64,000 nt of DNA from Thermoanaerobaculia bacterium (GCA_963664405.1 OY761158.1:6240001-6304000); one strand, 5' to 3'; counted from the first letter of the stretch, positions 18,480 through 28,702 are shown. Notes: generated by a model not told the origin, from the sequence alone. A program made the numbers and translations.

Positions 18480-18527
18480 AGTATAGGAAGCCCGCTGTTC
18501 GACGTCAAGTACTTTGTGTTTGAAAGT
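18480..18527 (-). promoter_or_regulatory. Sigma70-type promoter plus ACTTT-N7-AAAGT operator
   Basis: TTGACG-17 nt-TATACT on the minus strand; palindrome at 18511-18527 abuts the -35 box. Confidence 0.75.
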
Positions 18528-18548
18528 GACCCTGCTGAGGCCCGGCCC

Positions 18549-19946
18549 TCAATTGTCGAGTCTGACGATCAGCAGGGGCTCCCCAGGGGCCCTGGCATAG
18601 CTGACAAGGAAGTCTCCCCGCACCGTAAGTCTTCTGAGCTGTGGGTCGCTCTCGGAGATTTGCAGCAAGGTGCGTGGACTGGCTTCCAAAACGGCCCGCC
18701 TTTTTGGTTCTTGGAGCCCGGCATAGAGCTCGACTCGAGACCCGGAGAGCACCAGGAGATCCGCGACATCATCGCCGTTCCAGTCGGTTCCGTAGTGCCA
18801 TGGATGATTCTCACCCACTTCGGGGAGCACACTTCGGTATCTCTTGGTGTCGAAGCGCGCCCCTTCTAGCCCGCGGTAGAAGTCGACGATGAGCTTGTTG
18901 CCGCCGAGACCCTCGGGCTGAAGAAGGACCATGTCGACAAGGCCGTCGCCGTCGACGTCGGTGGTGTGGAGATCGAGCTCTTGCCACATACGCGAGGATG
19001 TGAGGATCTCGAAGAAAGGTGGCCGGCCCGAGCGGGTGCGGTCGGCGCCCAGCTCGAAGACTCTGAGCTTCTTTTTTTCGAGGATCCCTACCTTGTCGGC
19101 TCTCAGTGTCACGGTGATGAGAATCGGCTTCCCATCGAGCCACTCATAGCGCGCCTCTACGACTTTCTCGGGTGCAGGGAGTAGAGACCACATATCGACC
19201 GGGTTGAGGACTCCGGCTTCTGAGCCGGCCTCGCTCTCAGCTTCGTGCGGAGGTTTCCGACTGTCGATCAGGAGGGTTCGCAGCCGCAAGTCTCCATGGC
19301 TCTTTGGACCGGCCACGAAGAGCCCCTTGGTGCCGAGGGGGCGTACCGGCGGTGTCTCGAGGCGAAGGCCCGTAGGCCGACGCTCCACTTCTACGGGAAG
19401 TCGAAAGCGGGAGGAGGAATCGGGGTCGGAGAGAGCGATGATCTCGAGCTCACCGATCCCCAGCGCCAGGACTCGCGGTGAGGTCGGGTCCGGCAGGAGT
19501 ATCCGGATAGCCGCGTTGCTCTCTTCGTAGGTCGGGGGTCCGAGAGCTCGTAGGCCTCCTTTTGCGAGCTGGTTTGTCGCGAGCAACCACAGCCGTCGGT
19601 CGGCGACAAGCGCGAGATGGGGGCCATTGCCTTGGTCGAGCACCTCGAGAGTGGGTCGCAGCCGCGCGGCGAAGGGACCGAGAACCCGAGTGAGGGTGGA
19701 CGGGGATGCCGAATCCCACCGCTCCAGAGTCCACTCGGCGACGCCGTCATCCACGCTCTCGTCATTTGACTCCCGCTCGGCGAGTACGAACAGAGAGCAC
19801 GGGGGTGCATTGTCGCAAGCCGTTTGCACGGCCCTGACTCTGCCTTCGATCTCGACACTCCAGAGCTTCGCGGCCGGGCGCCCGGGGGACGCTACAGCGC
19901 CGAGCAGGATCAGGGCCAGGCCGATCTCTGGACGAGACGGTCTCAC
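18549..19946 (-). CDS. Exported FG-GAP/VCBS repeat protein
   Basis: Signal peptide; DVDGDGLVD and DWNGDDVAD repeats. Confidence 0.75.
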   Translation of the reverse strand: MRPSRPEIGLALILLGAVASPGRPAAKLWSVEIEGRVRAVQTACDNAPPCSLFVLAERESNDESVDDGVAEWTLERWDSASPSTLTRVLGPFAARLRPTLEVLDQGNGPHLALVADRRLWLLATNQLAKGGLRALGPPTYEESNAAIRILLPDPTSPRVLALGIGELEIIALSDPDSSSRFRLPVEVERRPTGLRLETPPVRPLGTKGLFVAGPKSHGDLRLRTLLIDSRKPPHEAESEAGSEAGVLNPVDMWSLLPAPEKVVEARYEWLDGKPILITVTLRADKVGILEKKKLRVFELGADRTRSGRPPFFEILTSSRMWQELDLHTTDVDGDGLVDMVLLQPEGLGGNKLIVDFYRGLEGARFDTKRYRSVLPEVGENHPWHYGTDWNGDDVADLLVLSGSRVELYAGLQEPKRRAVLEASPRTLLQISESDPQLRRLTVRGDFLVSYARAPGEPLLIVRLDN

Positions 19947-21571
19947 TGGCGGGCTCGGCTCAGATACATGTCCAGTCGCACCGGGTTTGTGGTCCCGTCC
20001 TTGGTGCCGGACTGAGGCTGAACGATCATCAGGTCTGAGAGCTCATCGCCGTCGAAGTCGCGAACCTGGACCAGGGCGAGGTCTTTGGGCTCGTCGCGCA
20101 GTCGCACCTCGAGGTCTGGAGTTGGTGGGTAAAAGCAGGCCTCGCGACCCCGGTGGATGGTGACTTTCTTGCCACGCCCGATCTGCACGAAATCAGCGCG
20201 TCCATCGGCGTCGAAATCGCCGGCGAATTGGGAGAGTTGACCAATGCGGAGGTCGTCGAGGCGCAGCTTGAACTTTCCGGAGAGGTCCAGGCCTGCCACT
20301 CCGGTGAAGGATCCATCCGGCTGCTGACACCAGACATGAAAGTCGATTCCCACGCTGATGCTCTTGGTCGCGAGAATGCGGACTGCCTGGAATAGCGAGA
20401 AGTCGAGGGTCACGGTGACCAGGTCCAAACGGCCGTCGCCGTCGAGATCCTGCATGCCGAAGGGCATGGGGATCTCGTCGTCACCACCAAAGCCGTAGCC
20501 TGTCGAGTCGAAAGTCGTCCGGGCCTCCTCCTCCATCTCGAGATCTTGGGTTCCGTCGTGAAGGTGGTAGCGGAACTCGGGCTGCTTCGATTGTTTGATC
20601 TCTTTCCTCCAGCCCACGTCTTCTTCGTTCAGCTCCTCTTCCACGACGTACTGGCCTCGCCCGTCTCCACTCAGGTCGCCGAAGTGAACGAGCTCGAGGC
20701 GTCGTCCCTCCTCCTTGGCGACCAGGTCCTTCTTTTGGACCGGAGCTGCATAGTGGCCTCCGCCAAGACTGCGCGCAACGTGAAAGCGTTCCCAATCGTC
20801 TTCCCCGTTCCTAAACACTAGATCGGCCAGTCCGTCTCCGTCGACGTCGCCCACTGTTGGGTGTGGATAGAAGCGCGCGAGATCGAAAGGATCTTCCGGC
20901 GATGGGAGTAGCACCTGCGCCGTCCGCTCGGCACTGAAGCCGATCGGCGTTGCGAGGAAGATCTCGAAGCTCTGGGGAGCCGGGAAGAGCAGGTCTGGGG
21001 TCCCGTCCTCGTCGAGGTCGAAGAAGAGCTCGAGGTCGGGTAGAAGGGTGCCGGTGCCGCTCAACACCGAGCGGCGCTCGAAAGTGGGCTCGAAGAAGAG
21101 GCGGGGCCGACTCTCACGGGTATCGAGTCGAAGCTGTGACAGGCCGCTGTCGGTTAGAGCCGCGATTCCTCCCCTTGCGGGGCCCTCCAGTATGGAGAGG
21201 ATGGAGAGGTCGAGCTCTAGCGGCTCCCCGAGCTTTGTGAAGCCGCCGGTCGGGAGCCCACGAAAGGCGAGCAGTTCGCGGCGGTCGGCAAGGGCCGGCA
21301 CCACTGTCATCATCTCGACCAGGCCGGCGACCTGATCCATCTCGACCGACTCTTGGGTGACGATCTGACCCCAGGCAGTGTAAGCGACGACCACGACCAG
21401 GTCGCCGACGCCGTCGTCGTCGAGGTCGGCAGGGAGAACCGAGACCGGGGCCGCCGGTAGTTGGACCTCGAAGTGCCGAAGGGCCAGTCGCTCCGTGCGC
21501 GCCGAGACCGACGATAGAGAGAGGAGCACCGCGATGAGGGTCGGGGGAGCCGATTTTGCGATCAATCGCAT
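19943..21571 (-). CDS. Exported FG-GAP/VCBS repeat protein
   Basis: About seven D-x-D-G-D-G-x-x-D repeats; signal peptide. Confidence 0.85.
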   Translation of the reverse strand: MRLIAKSAPPTLIAVLLSLSSVSARTERLALRHFEVQLPAAPVSVLPADLDDDGVGDLVVVVAYTAWGQIVTQESVEMDQVAGLVEMMTVVPALADRRELLAFRGLPTGGFTKLGEPLELDLSILSILEGPARGGIAALTDSGLSQLRLDTRESRPRLFFEPTFERRSVLSGTGTLLPDLELFFDLDEDGTPDLLFPAPQSFEIFLATPIGFSAERTAQVLLPSPEDPFDLARFYPHPTVGDVDGDGLADLVFRNGEDDWERFHVARSLGGGHYAAPVQKKDLVAKEEGRRLELVHFGDLSGDGRGQYVVEEELNEEDVGWRKEIKQSKQPEFRYHLHDGTQDLEMEEEARTTFDSTGYGFGGDDEIPMPFGMQDLDGDGRLDLVTVTLDFSLFQAVRILATKSISVGIDFHVWCQQPDGSFTGVAGLDLSGKFKLRLDDLRIGQLSQFAGDFDADGRADFVQIGRGKKVTIHRGREACFYPPTPDLEVRLRDEPKDLALVQVRDFDGDELSDLMIVQPQSGTKDGTTNPVRLDMYLSRARQ

Positions 21572-21637
21572 AGTCGAAGAGGGGGTCTCTTCTACAAGAC
21601 AGACGCCCGATATGGGGCATGATTACAGTATGACATC

Positions 21638-21670
21638 TTGACTGCTGACAGATTAGGCATCATGATGCCT
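21638..21670 (+). promoter_or_regulatory. vapBC promoter with a palindromic operator
   Basis: TTGACT-17 nt-CATGAT; perfect palindrome AGGCATCATGATGCCT at 21655-21670. Confidence 0.7.
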
Positions 21671-21672
21671 TG

Positions 21673-21951
21673 GTGAGGACGACTCTCACCCTCGACGAGG
21701 ATCTCGCTCTCCGGCTCAAGAAGCTCGCCCGCAGCACCGGCGCCAGCTTTAAGGAGGTCGTGAACCGGACGATTCGTCTCGGACTCAGTCTCGGCGAAGG
21801 ACCCACAGCGGATCAGGACCGATTCGTTGTCGTCGCGAAGGCCTGCGGCTTTCGCTCGGGAATCGACCCGACCAAGCTCAACCAGCTCTACGACGATCTC
21901 GAGACCGACGAGCTCACCTACGAGAGTCGATCCGGCAGTCACGAGCCGTGA
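21673..21951 (+). CDS. vapB: VapB-type RHH antitoxin
   Basis: MRTTLTLD.DL..., SFKEVVN..IR.GL and D..KLNQL.D.LE motifs. Confidence 0.88.
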   Translation: MRTTLTLDEDLALRLKKLARSTGASFKEVVNRTIRLGLSLGEGPTADQDRFVVVAKACGFRSGIDPTKLNQLYDDLETDELTYESRSGSHEP

Positions 21952-22379
21952 TCATCCCCGACATCAATCTCCTGGTTTTCGCCTATAACAGCGACGCCCC
22001 GTATCACTCGGCGGCTCGAGAGTGGTGGGAGACATGCCTGAGTGAAGGCAGAACGATCGGTCTTCCCTGGGTAGTTTGTCTCGGGTTCGTTCGCATCATG
22101 ACCAGTCGAGTGGTGTTGACCGACCCGATGACGCCACTCGAGGCGCTGGGGCACGTTGGCTCCTGGCTCGAGCGCCCCCAGGCCAGAGAGCTGGTCCCGG
22201 GGCCACGCCATCTGGAGATCCTCACCGAGGTCATGACAGCGTTGGGCGCGTCGGGCCGGTTGACCACGGATGCCCACCTTGCTTCCCTGGCGATCGAGAC
22301 GCAGGCGGAGCTGCACTCTAACGATGCGGACTTCTCGCGTTTTCCGGGGCTGCGCTGGAAGAATCCGCTGGCGTCGTAG
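21948..22379 (+). CDS. vapC: VapC PIN-domain toxin
   Basis: IPD.NLL..A, DAHLA..A.E and S.D.DF.RF.GL.W.NPL motifs; GTGA overlap with vapB. Confidence 0.92.
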   Translation: MIIPDINLLVFAYNSDAPYHSAAREWWETCLSEGRTIGLPWVVCLGFVRIMTSRVVLTDPMTPLEALGHVGSWLERPQARELVPGPRHLEILTEVMTALGASGRLTTDAHLASLAIETQAELHSNDADFSRFPGLRWKNPLAS

Positions 22380-22637
22380 ACCAAGATACTCAGCGCGCTG
22401 CTGCAGGGACGATACGTGAGCTCTCGCTTCGAGGACGATCTCAACACTCTCGAGATCGACGACTTCGTGACCGTCGACCTCACTCTGTCGCGGCAGATTC
22501 ATCGCTCCTTCGGCGTCTTCGCCGGAGTTTCGAATCTCTTCGACGACCATCATATTGTTCGCAGAGCTACGAACGGGCTGACCTGGATCGGCGCACCCAG
22601 GCTCGTCCATTTCGGTGTGCGCTTCGACTATCGGTGA
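22380..22637 (+). pseudogene. TonB-dependent receptor C-terminal remnant
   Basis: GRYV..RF.DD.NT...DL...NLFD..Y/H....G.PR....GVRF tail with no upstream gene body. Confidence 0.7.
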
Positions 22638-22667
22638 TCTCGACCGAGCGTCGGCCCGGCGGATGCG

Positions 22668-24122
22668 ATGACGAACGTGGACATATCCTATCGGCGCCTG
22701 GGCCGGATCGCAGGCCCGGTCCTGATCGCCAATCTGTCCTACACCGCGATGGGTGTGATCGACACCATGATGGTCGGTCGGCTCGGTGTGACGGCGTTGG
22801 CTGCGGTGGGCCTTGGCAATCTGATTGCGTTCGCGGCGCTCAGCTTTGTCTGGGGGATGCTCAGTGGCGTCAATACTCTGGTCGCCCAGGCAGTAGGCGC
22901 TCGCGACCGAGAGGCGGTGGCGCGAGTCTTCTTTCAGGGGATCTATTTGGCGGCGCTCTCCGCCGTCGTTGTTTCCCTCTTTTGGCCTTTGATCCAGGGG
23001 CTCCTGGCCTGGATCGGGCCCGGTGCCGGCGTAAAGCTGATTGCGACGGACTACATGCGGATCCGCATCCTTGGTTGCGCGGGGGTAATTCTGCTGTGGA
23101 CTGTCGACAACTTCTACCGCGGTTTGGGGCGCACCAGATTGATGATGTGGTGCGGTATGGCTCAGTTGCTGGTCAACTGTGGTCTCAACTATCTGCTGAT
23201 CTTCGGCAAGCTCGGTGCGCCGAAGATGGGTGCAGCGGGTGCCGCGCTGGGGACGGTCCTCGCTCAGTTTCTGGTGGCTCTCTTCATGCTCGCCACGGTC
23301 CTCTGGCTGGGTCCGATTCGGCGCGAGTTCGAGGTGTGGAAGAGCTGGTCATTCCGGCCCTCCCTCTTCGGTCGTCTGCTGCGCCTGAGCCTTCCGATCG
23401 GAGTGCAGTACGGGCTGGAGATGGGCGGCGTTACGGTCTTCACTGCGCTGGTTGCACGGCTCGGCGAAGTGGAGCTCGCAGCTACCAACGCAGTCATTCA
23501 GGCCTGGAACGTTGGTTACATGGGAGGGATCGCTCTCAGCGTGGGCGCCACGACGCTTGTCGGTCAGTGCATCGGCGCTGGAGAGCGAGGCGCGGCACGG
23601 ATCGTAGTCGGAAGAGTGATGAGGATCGGCTACCTTTTCACCGTTGCCATCGGCGCTCTCTACGTCTTAGCCCCCAACCAGATCATGGCGCTCTTTGTCA
23701 GCGGTGAGGAGCTCCCTCGCCTGCTGCCCTTCGCCAGACCGTTGTTCTCCGTCGTTGTGGTGTGCTTGATCTTCGACCTCAAGTTCAACATCCTTTCAGG
23801 AGCGTTGCGGGGGGCGGGCGACACGACCTATAGCATGCTGGTGAACGTGCTCAGCGCCTGGCTTCTCTTCGTGCCGGCGCTGCTGCTAGTGACGCCGAGG
23901 TACGGACTGATTGGCGCGTGGTCGTGCTTCATTCTTCATGTCTTTGTGATGGCGCTGGGAGTCGATATCAGAGTGAGGGGGAGTCGCTGGTTGCATCGGC
24001 CACGGCACCGACCGCTGGTGCCGGGCGACATAGATGTGACGGGCTCCTTCTCGAGCGTGGAGGCCGATGCCGAGCGCTCCGATCCGTCGTCGGAGCAGCT
24101 CTCGGCTCCCGTAGTAGACTAG
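22668..24122 (+). CDS. MATE-family efflux transporter
   Basis: DT.MVG.LG..ALAAVG, N.GLN..LIFG..G.P.MG..GAA.T and LRGAGDT motifs; about 12 TM. Confidence 0.92.
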   Translation: MTNVDISYRRLGRIAGPVLIANLSYTAMGVIDTMMVGRLGVTALAAVGLGNLIAFAALSFVWGMLSGVNTLVAQAVGARDREAVARVFFQGIYLAALSAVVVSLFWPLIQGLLAWIGPGAGVKLIATDYMRIRILGCAGVILLWTVDNFYRGLGRTRLMMWCGMAQLLVNCGLNYLLIFGKLGAPKMGAAGAALGTVLAQFLVALFMLATVLWLGPIRREFEVWKSWSFRPSLFGRLLRLSLPIGVQYGLEMGGVTVFTALVARLGEVELAATNAVIQAWNVGYMGGIALSVGATTLVGQCIGAGERGAARIVVGRVMRIGYLFTVAIGALYVLAPNQIMALFVSGEELPRLLPFARPLFSVVVVCLIFDLKFNILSGALRGAGDTTYSMLVNVLSAWLLFVPALLLVTPRYGLIGAWSCFILHVFVMALGVDIRVRGSRWLHRPRHRPLVPGDIDVTGSFSSVEADAERSDPSSEQLSAPVVD

Positions 24123-24166
24123 GGATCCCTCCGGGATTCCTTCTTCTCGAGCTTCTGTTCACGCCG

Positions 24167-25024
24167 ATGCCTGCTAACCAGAGTCAAGGGATCGAGTCCA
24201 AGAAGATCTCCGCCATCGTTACGACCTATAACGAGGAGAGGGAGATTGCGGATTGCATTCGCACTCTTCTTTGGTGCGACGAGCTGCTGGTGGTCGACTC
24301 CCATTCCACCGATGGCACGGTTCAGGAGGTCGAGGCCTTTTCCCAGGTTCGGTTACTCCAGCATACCTACTACGGCTCTGCCGCGCAGAAGAATTGGGCG
24401 ATGGATCGAACCTCCCACGGGTGGATCCTCATCATCGACGCCGACGAGCGGTGCACGCCTGAGCTTCGACGGGAGATACAGGCTCTGATCTCGGGGGACG
24501 CCGAACACAACAGTTTCAGCATTCGGCGCCGTCTCTTCTTTCTCGGCAAACACATCCGCTTCTCGGGCTTTCAGCGAGACTCGGTGGTGAGGTTGCTGCG
24601 GCGTGGAGCGGGCCGCTATCCCGATCTCCGCGTCCACGCTGACATGAAAACTCTGGGCCCGACGCCGCAGCTCAAGAACCCGATGGATCACTACATGGTG
24701 CGCGACCTCTCAGAGTACGTCCACCGAGTGTGCAAGTACGGGATCTGGGGAGCGGCCCAGGGCTGGAAGGAGCATCGACGTTCTGGCCTCGTGCAGATCC
24801 TCGTGCGTCCCCTGTGGCGTTTCCTCCGTACCTACTTCATCCAGCTGGGATTCCTCGACGGGCTACACGGGCTCGTCTTCTGTGCGCTCCAGGCCTTCGG
24901 CACCTTCCTCAAGTGGTCGATTCTCTGGGGGTGGTCGATGACGGGTGAGCCGCGCCTTCCCGAGTTTGACGAGAGGGAGGAGACCTGGTCGATCGGTGAC
25001 GAGGCTCGCCAGTCCTCCGCCTGA
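24167..25024 (+). CDS. GT2 glycosyltransferase (WaaE-like)
   Basis: T.NEE..I..C, VDS.STDGT, QKNWA, IDADE and GFLDG..G motifs. Confidence 0.9.
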   Translation: MPANQSQGIESKKISAIVTTYNEEREIADCIRTLLWCDELLVVDSHSTDGTVQEVEAFSQVRLLQHTYYGSAAQKNWAMDRTSHGWILIIDADERCTPELRREIQALISGDAEHNSFSIRRRLFFLGKHIRFSGFQRDSVVRLLRRGAGRYPDLRVHADMKTLGPTPQLKNPMDHYMVRDLSEYVHRVCKYGIWGAAQGWKEHRRSGLVQILVRPLWRFLRTYFIQLGFLDGLHGLVFCALQAFGTFLKWSILWGWSMTGEPRLPEFDEREETWSIGDEARQSSA

Positions 25025-25033
25025 AGTCCCTCG

Positions 25034-25870
25034 ATGGTCGTCTCCGTCATCCTCAGTACGTATAACTCGCCCGATCTGCTCGAGAGAACGCTTGCTGGCT
25101 ACAGTCGGCAGACTGTAGAGAAGAGCTTCGAGGTCGTCGTAGCGGACGATGGCTCCAGCGACGAGACGAGGGAGCTGGTGGACCGGCTGCGTCGGGACTT
25201 CGAGCTAGATCTGCGTCATGTTTGGCACGAAGACCGTGGGTTCAGGAAGTGCGAGATTCTCAATCGGGCGATCGAGCAGGCGCGTGGCGAGTATCTAGTC
25301 TTCTCCGACGGAGACTGCATTCCGTGGTCGGAGTTTCTCGCCATTCATCTACGACTCGCATGCCGAGGCCGTTTTCTTTCGGGGGGCTACTTTCATCTGC
25401 CGCGCGAGCTGAGCGAAGGGCTCACGGTTGACGATGTGAGGCAGGGTCGCGCCGAGAGTCTCGAGTGGCTCCACCGTCATGGCCTGCCGCGGTCGTGGAG
25501 GAGCCGTCGCCTGGGTTCCTCCGCATCGGTGGGGCGGATCTTCGACCTGCTGACGCCGACTCGACCGAGCTGGAACGGACATAACGCTTCCGGGTGGAAG
25601 GATGATCTCGTGCAGGTCAACGGTTTCGACGAACGTATGGGGTGGGGTGGAGAGGACCGTGAGCTGGGCGAGAGGTTGGTGAACCTCGGGCTCAGAGGGG
25701 TTCAGATCCGCCATCGCGCGCTCTGCCTTCACCAGTGGCACGAGCGCAGCTACGTGAACGATGAAGTCGTCGCCGAGAATCTGCGCATGCGCGGCGAGAC
25801 CGCCCGTGAGCGTGCTACCTATACGACTCACGGCATCGTCAAGAGCGGCGGCTCTGCAGCTCGTGCATAG
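25034..25870 (+). CDS. GT2 glycosyltransferase
   Basis: STYN, ADDGS, WHED.GFRK, DGDC and NGFDE...WG.ED motifs. Confidence 0.92.
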   Translation: MVVSVILSTYNSPDLLERTLAGYSRQTVEKSFEVVVADDGSSDETRELVDRLRRDFELDLRHVWHEDRGFRKCEILNRAIEQARGEYLVFSDGDCIPWSEFLAIHLRLACRGRFLSGGYFHLPRELSEGLTVDDVRQGRAESLEWLHRHGLPRSWRSRRLGSSASVGRIFDLLTPTRPSWNGHNASGWKDDLVQVNGFDERMGWGGEDRELGERLVNLGLRGVQIRHRALCLHQWHERSYVNDEVVAENLRMRGETARERATYTTHGIVKSGGSAARA

Positions 25871-25952
25871 AATCTTGTAGATGCAGCCGCTTCTGGCGTT
25901 GGATTCGATGTGGGTATTCCCAGCCCTGGGTATCTTGGCTTAAGGTGGTTCC

Positions 25953-27563
25953 ATGAAGGGGATGATCAGCCTGATCGGCGCTTGCGGGTGCCTTGTCGCC
26001 TGTGCGACCACTGGATCTCATTCAGACGCGAGCCGGGGGCATGGAGCCGGCGACAGCGGAACCGCCGCCTTCGAAGCGCCGATCGACCTGATTCCTGGAG
26101 CGACCGGGGCCCACACCTGGAAGATCAGTACCGACAGCGAGCGGGCGCAGGCGTATTTCAACCAGGGGCTACAGCTGCGCTATGCCTATGTGATGGACGA
26201 GGCGGCGAGAAGTTTCCGCGAAGCACGCTTGGCAGATCCTGAGTGTGCGATGTGCTACTGGGGCGAGGCCTGGGCTCTCGGTTCGTTCTTGAACGGTGGC
26301 ATGAGCTCCGAAAGGGCGCCGTACGCCCGCGCGGCGAGCGAGAAGGCGGCGACCCTCGCCGAGAAAGTAACCGAGGTCGAGCGCGATCTCATCATGGCTT
26401 CGCGAGTGCGCTACCCGGAGGACTACGACCCCGAAAACCGCCTCAGAGACGACGAGGCGTTCGCGGCCGAGATGGCGAAAGTGTACGAGAGCTATCCCGG
26501 GCATCACGAGGTTGCGGTGATCAACGCGATCTCTCTCTTTCTCCTCGAAGAGCGGCGAGGTACGCGAGATCTCGAGGATCCTGACCTGATTCGCTTGCAT
26601 GGCGTGCTCACCAGGGTGTTGGAAGAGGACATCAAACACCCGGGCGCATGCCACCTCTACATTCACTCAACAGAGTCCACCGAGCAGCCGGGCCTGGCGC
26701 TGGCCTGTGCCGAGTATCTGGGGAGCGCGATTCCGGTCGCCAGTCACATCCAGCACATGCCGTCGCACACCTGGAATGAGGTCGGGTTGTGGGGGCGTTC
26801 GGTACGGGCAAATATCGCGGCCGTGCACTCGGATATGAAGGCAGCGCAGAACCAGGGGTTCTCCTATGCGCCTTCGCACAATCTGCACATGCTGCTCTTC
26901 GCCGCCTCCTACGACGGCCAGGGAGCGATCGCCACACAGGCGGGGAAGGACTATCGCAAGCTCACCAAGAATTCGATGTACCAGGTCCTGACGCTGATCC
27001 GTTTCGGCCGCTTCGACGAAGTGATCGACAACGACGATCGTCCCGCGAACGAGGTGGGTGCGGCCCTGTGGGATTTCGCCTACGGCTACGCGAGCTTGAA
27101 GGAAGGCGATGTTGCAACTGCAGAGTCGATGCGCGACAAGATTCTCGAGTTCGCGGCGACCACGGACCAGGAGTTCCGCTTCCATCCCGCCAGCCGCCTG
27201 GTCGGTGCAGTTGCCCAAATCCTGGAGGGCGAGATCTTGCGGCTGGAGGGCGATCTGACTGGCGCTATCAATGCCTTTCAGGAGGCGGCGTGGATCGAAG
27301 ACTCTCTCGAGTACGACGAGCCGGAGCCGCTTCCGTTTGCGGCTCGACACTGGCTCGGTGCCGCGCTCTTAGAGGCCGATCGATTCGAAGAGGCTGAAGA
27401 GGAGTATCGAACCGAGCTCGAGGACCACCCCCACAACGTCTGGTCTCTCCATGGCCTGACCGCGGCGCTCGAAGCGCAGGGCAAGGTGGACCCGGAGGTA
27501 CGCGAGGATTTCTCCTTGAGTACCGCTCGGACGGACGCCTGGATCACCGCGTCACGCTTTTGA
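25953..27563 (+). CDS. TPR-like lipoprotein
   Basis: LVAC lipobox; AQ.YF.QG, CAMCYWGEA, HPGA.HLYIH and H.QHMPSH motifs. Confidence 0.8.
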   Translation: MKGMISLIGACGCLVACATTGSHSDASRGHGAGDSGTAAFEAPIDLIPGATGAHTWKISTDSERAQAYFNQGLQLRYAYVMDEAARSFREARLADPECAMCYWGEAWALGSFLNGGMSSERAPYARAASEKAATLAEKVTEVERDLIMASRVRYPEDYDPENRLRDDEAFAAEMAKVYESYPGHHEVAVINAISLFLLEERRGTRDLEDPDLIRLHGVLTRVLEEDIKHPGACHLYIHSTESTEQPGLALACAEYLGSAIPVASHIQHMPSHTWNEVGLWGRSVRANIAAVHSDMKAAQNQGFSYAPSHNLHMLLFAASYDGQGAIATQAGKDYRKLTKNSMYQVLTLIRFGRFDEVIDNDDRPANEVGAALWDFAYGYASLKEGDVATAESMRDKILEFAATTDQEFRFHPASRLVGAVAQILEGEILRLEGDLTGAINAFQEAAWIEDSLEYDEPEPLPFAARHWLGAALLEADRFEEAEEEYRTELEDHPHNVWSLHGLTAALEAQGKVDPEVREDFSLSTARTDAWITASRF

Positions 27564-27597
27564 GCCTGCCTCCTCGAGGTCGGCCCCCGGATACGAG

Positions 27598-28689
27598 TCA
27601 ATCGGGATAGGGAGTCGAGTCGATGCCGGGGATGATTCGCAACGCGTTCTTGTAGTAGATCTTTTTGAGGACGTCGTCGGGCAGGGCGAGGCCGTACATC
27701 TTCCAGTGGGCGTGGCGTTTTCGGTAATAGTCGAAGTACTCGTCGGCGGTCTCGAGAGTACGGAAGTAGACGTGGTACTCGCTCTCCTCGAAGCTGCCGT
27801 CTTTGCCGAGAAGGACGCGGTCCTGATAACGAATCAGGAACTCGCGCGCCTTGCGAGGTTGGCGTCCCAGCTCCGCTAGCACCGCCCCCATCCCGGTCAT
27901 CATGTTCGGCAGCTCGTCCATCAGGTCTCCGAGTCGAGTGAGGTCGTTGCCGAGCCACCCCAGATGAGCGTTGATGAAGGTGGTGCGCGGGTGCTTACGG
28001 AAGAGATTGTGCTGCTCGGTCATGGTCTGGTCGAAAGAGGCGAAGTTCTCGGCGTCTCGCTTCCTGTTCGGGTACTGAGTGAGCTCGAGCCAGCGCTCGT
28101 TGAAGCGGTCGTGCGGAAACCAGAACGGGCTCGGCTCGCCGGTGTGAATCAGCACCGGGATGCCCAGCTCCGCACACTTCTCCCAGATCGGATCGAGACG
28201 AGAATCATCGGTGGGGACTCGCTCTCCTGCGGAGTCACGCGTGAACATGCCAAGGTTCTTGAAGATCTTGAGGCCCTGTGCCCCGTGCTCTTTGACGTCG
28301 CGCTCGAGCTGCGCTGCGGCACGTGCGCCGTAGTCGGCGTCGTCGATGCCGTCGAAGCTGACGTTGGCGAAGACCACGAAGCGTTCGGGGAAGCGACCCT
28401 TTAGCGCCTCGACCTTGGATTGCAGCCCGCTGCCCGACCCGCCGCTCAGGTTCACCATCAGCTGCATGCCGAGCGCATCCATGCCCTCGACGAGCTCGTC
28501 GACACTCGAGGCAGACGCGCGGCGAACGTGGCCGTGGACGTCGATGAAGGGAAAGCGAGCCCGAGTCGTGGGGTGTTCCGGAACTACGAGATTCGAGCGC
28601 GGCTCATAGTCCGCAACGCTGAGGTCCTGCGAGCAGGCGGCTCCGGCCACCAAGGAAATGACGATCGAAACTGTCAGTGGCCGCGCCAT
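27598..28689 (-). CDS. Amidohydrolase family protein, exported
   Basis: IDVHGH, GLKI.K, PVLIH.G.P and INAHLG metal-binding motifs. Confidence 0.88.
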   Translation of the reverse strand: MARPLTVSIVISLVAGAACSQDLSVADYEPRSNLVVPEHPTTRARFPFIDVHGHVRRASASSVDELVEGMDALGMQLMVNLSGGSGSGLQSKVEALKGRFPERFVVFANVSFDGIDDADYGARAAAQLERDVKEHGAQGLKIFKNLGMFTRDSAGERVPTDDSRLDPIWEKCAELGIPVLIHTGEPSPFWFPHDRFNERWLELTQYPNRKRDAENFASFDQTMTEQHNLFRKHPRTTFINAHLGWLGNDLTRLGDLMDELPNMMTGMGAVLAELGRQPRKAREFLIRYQDRVLLGKDGSFEESEYHVYFRTLETADEYFDYYRKRHAHWKMYGLALPDDVLKKIYYKNALRIIPGIDSTPYPD

Positions 28690-28702
28690 CGGAGATTCGC
28701 CT

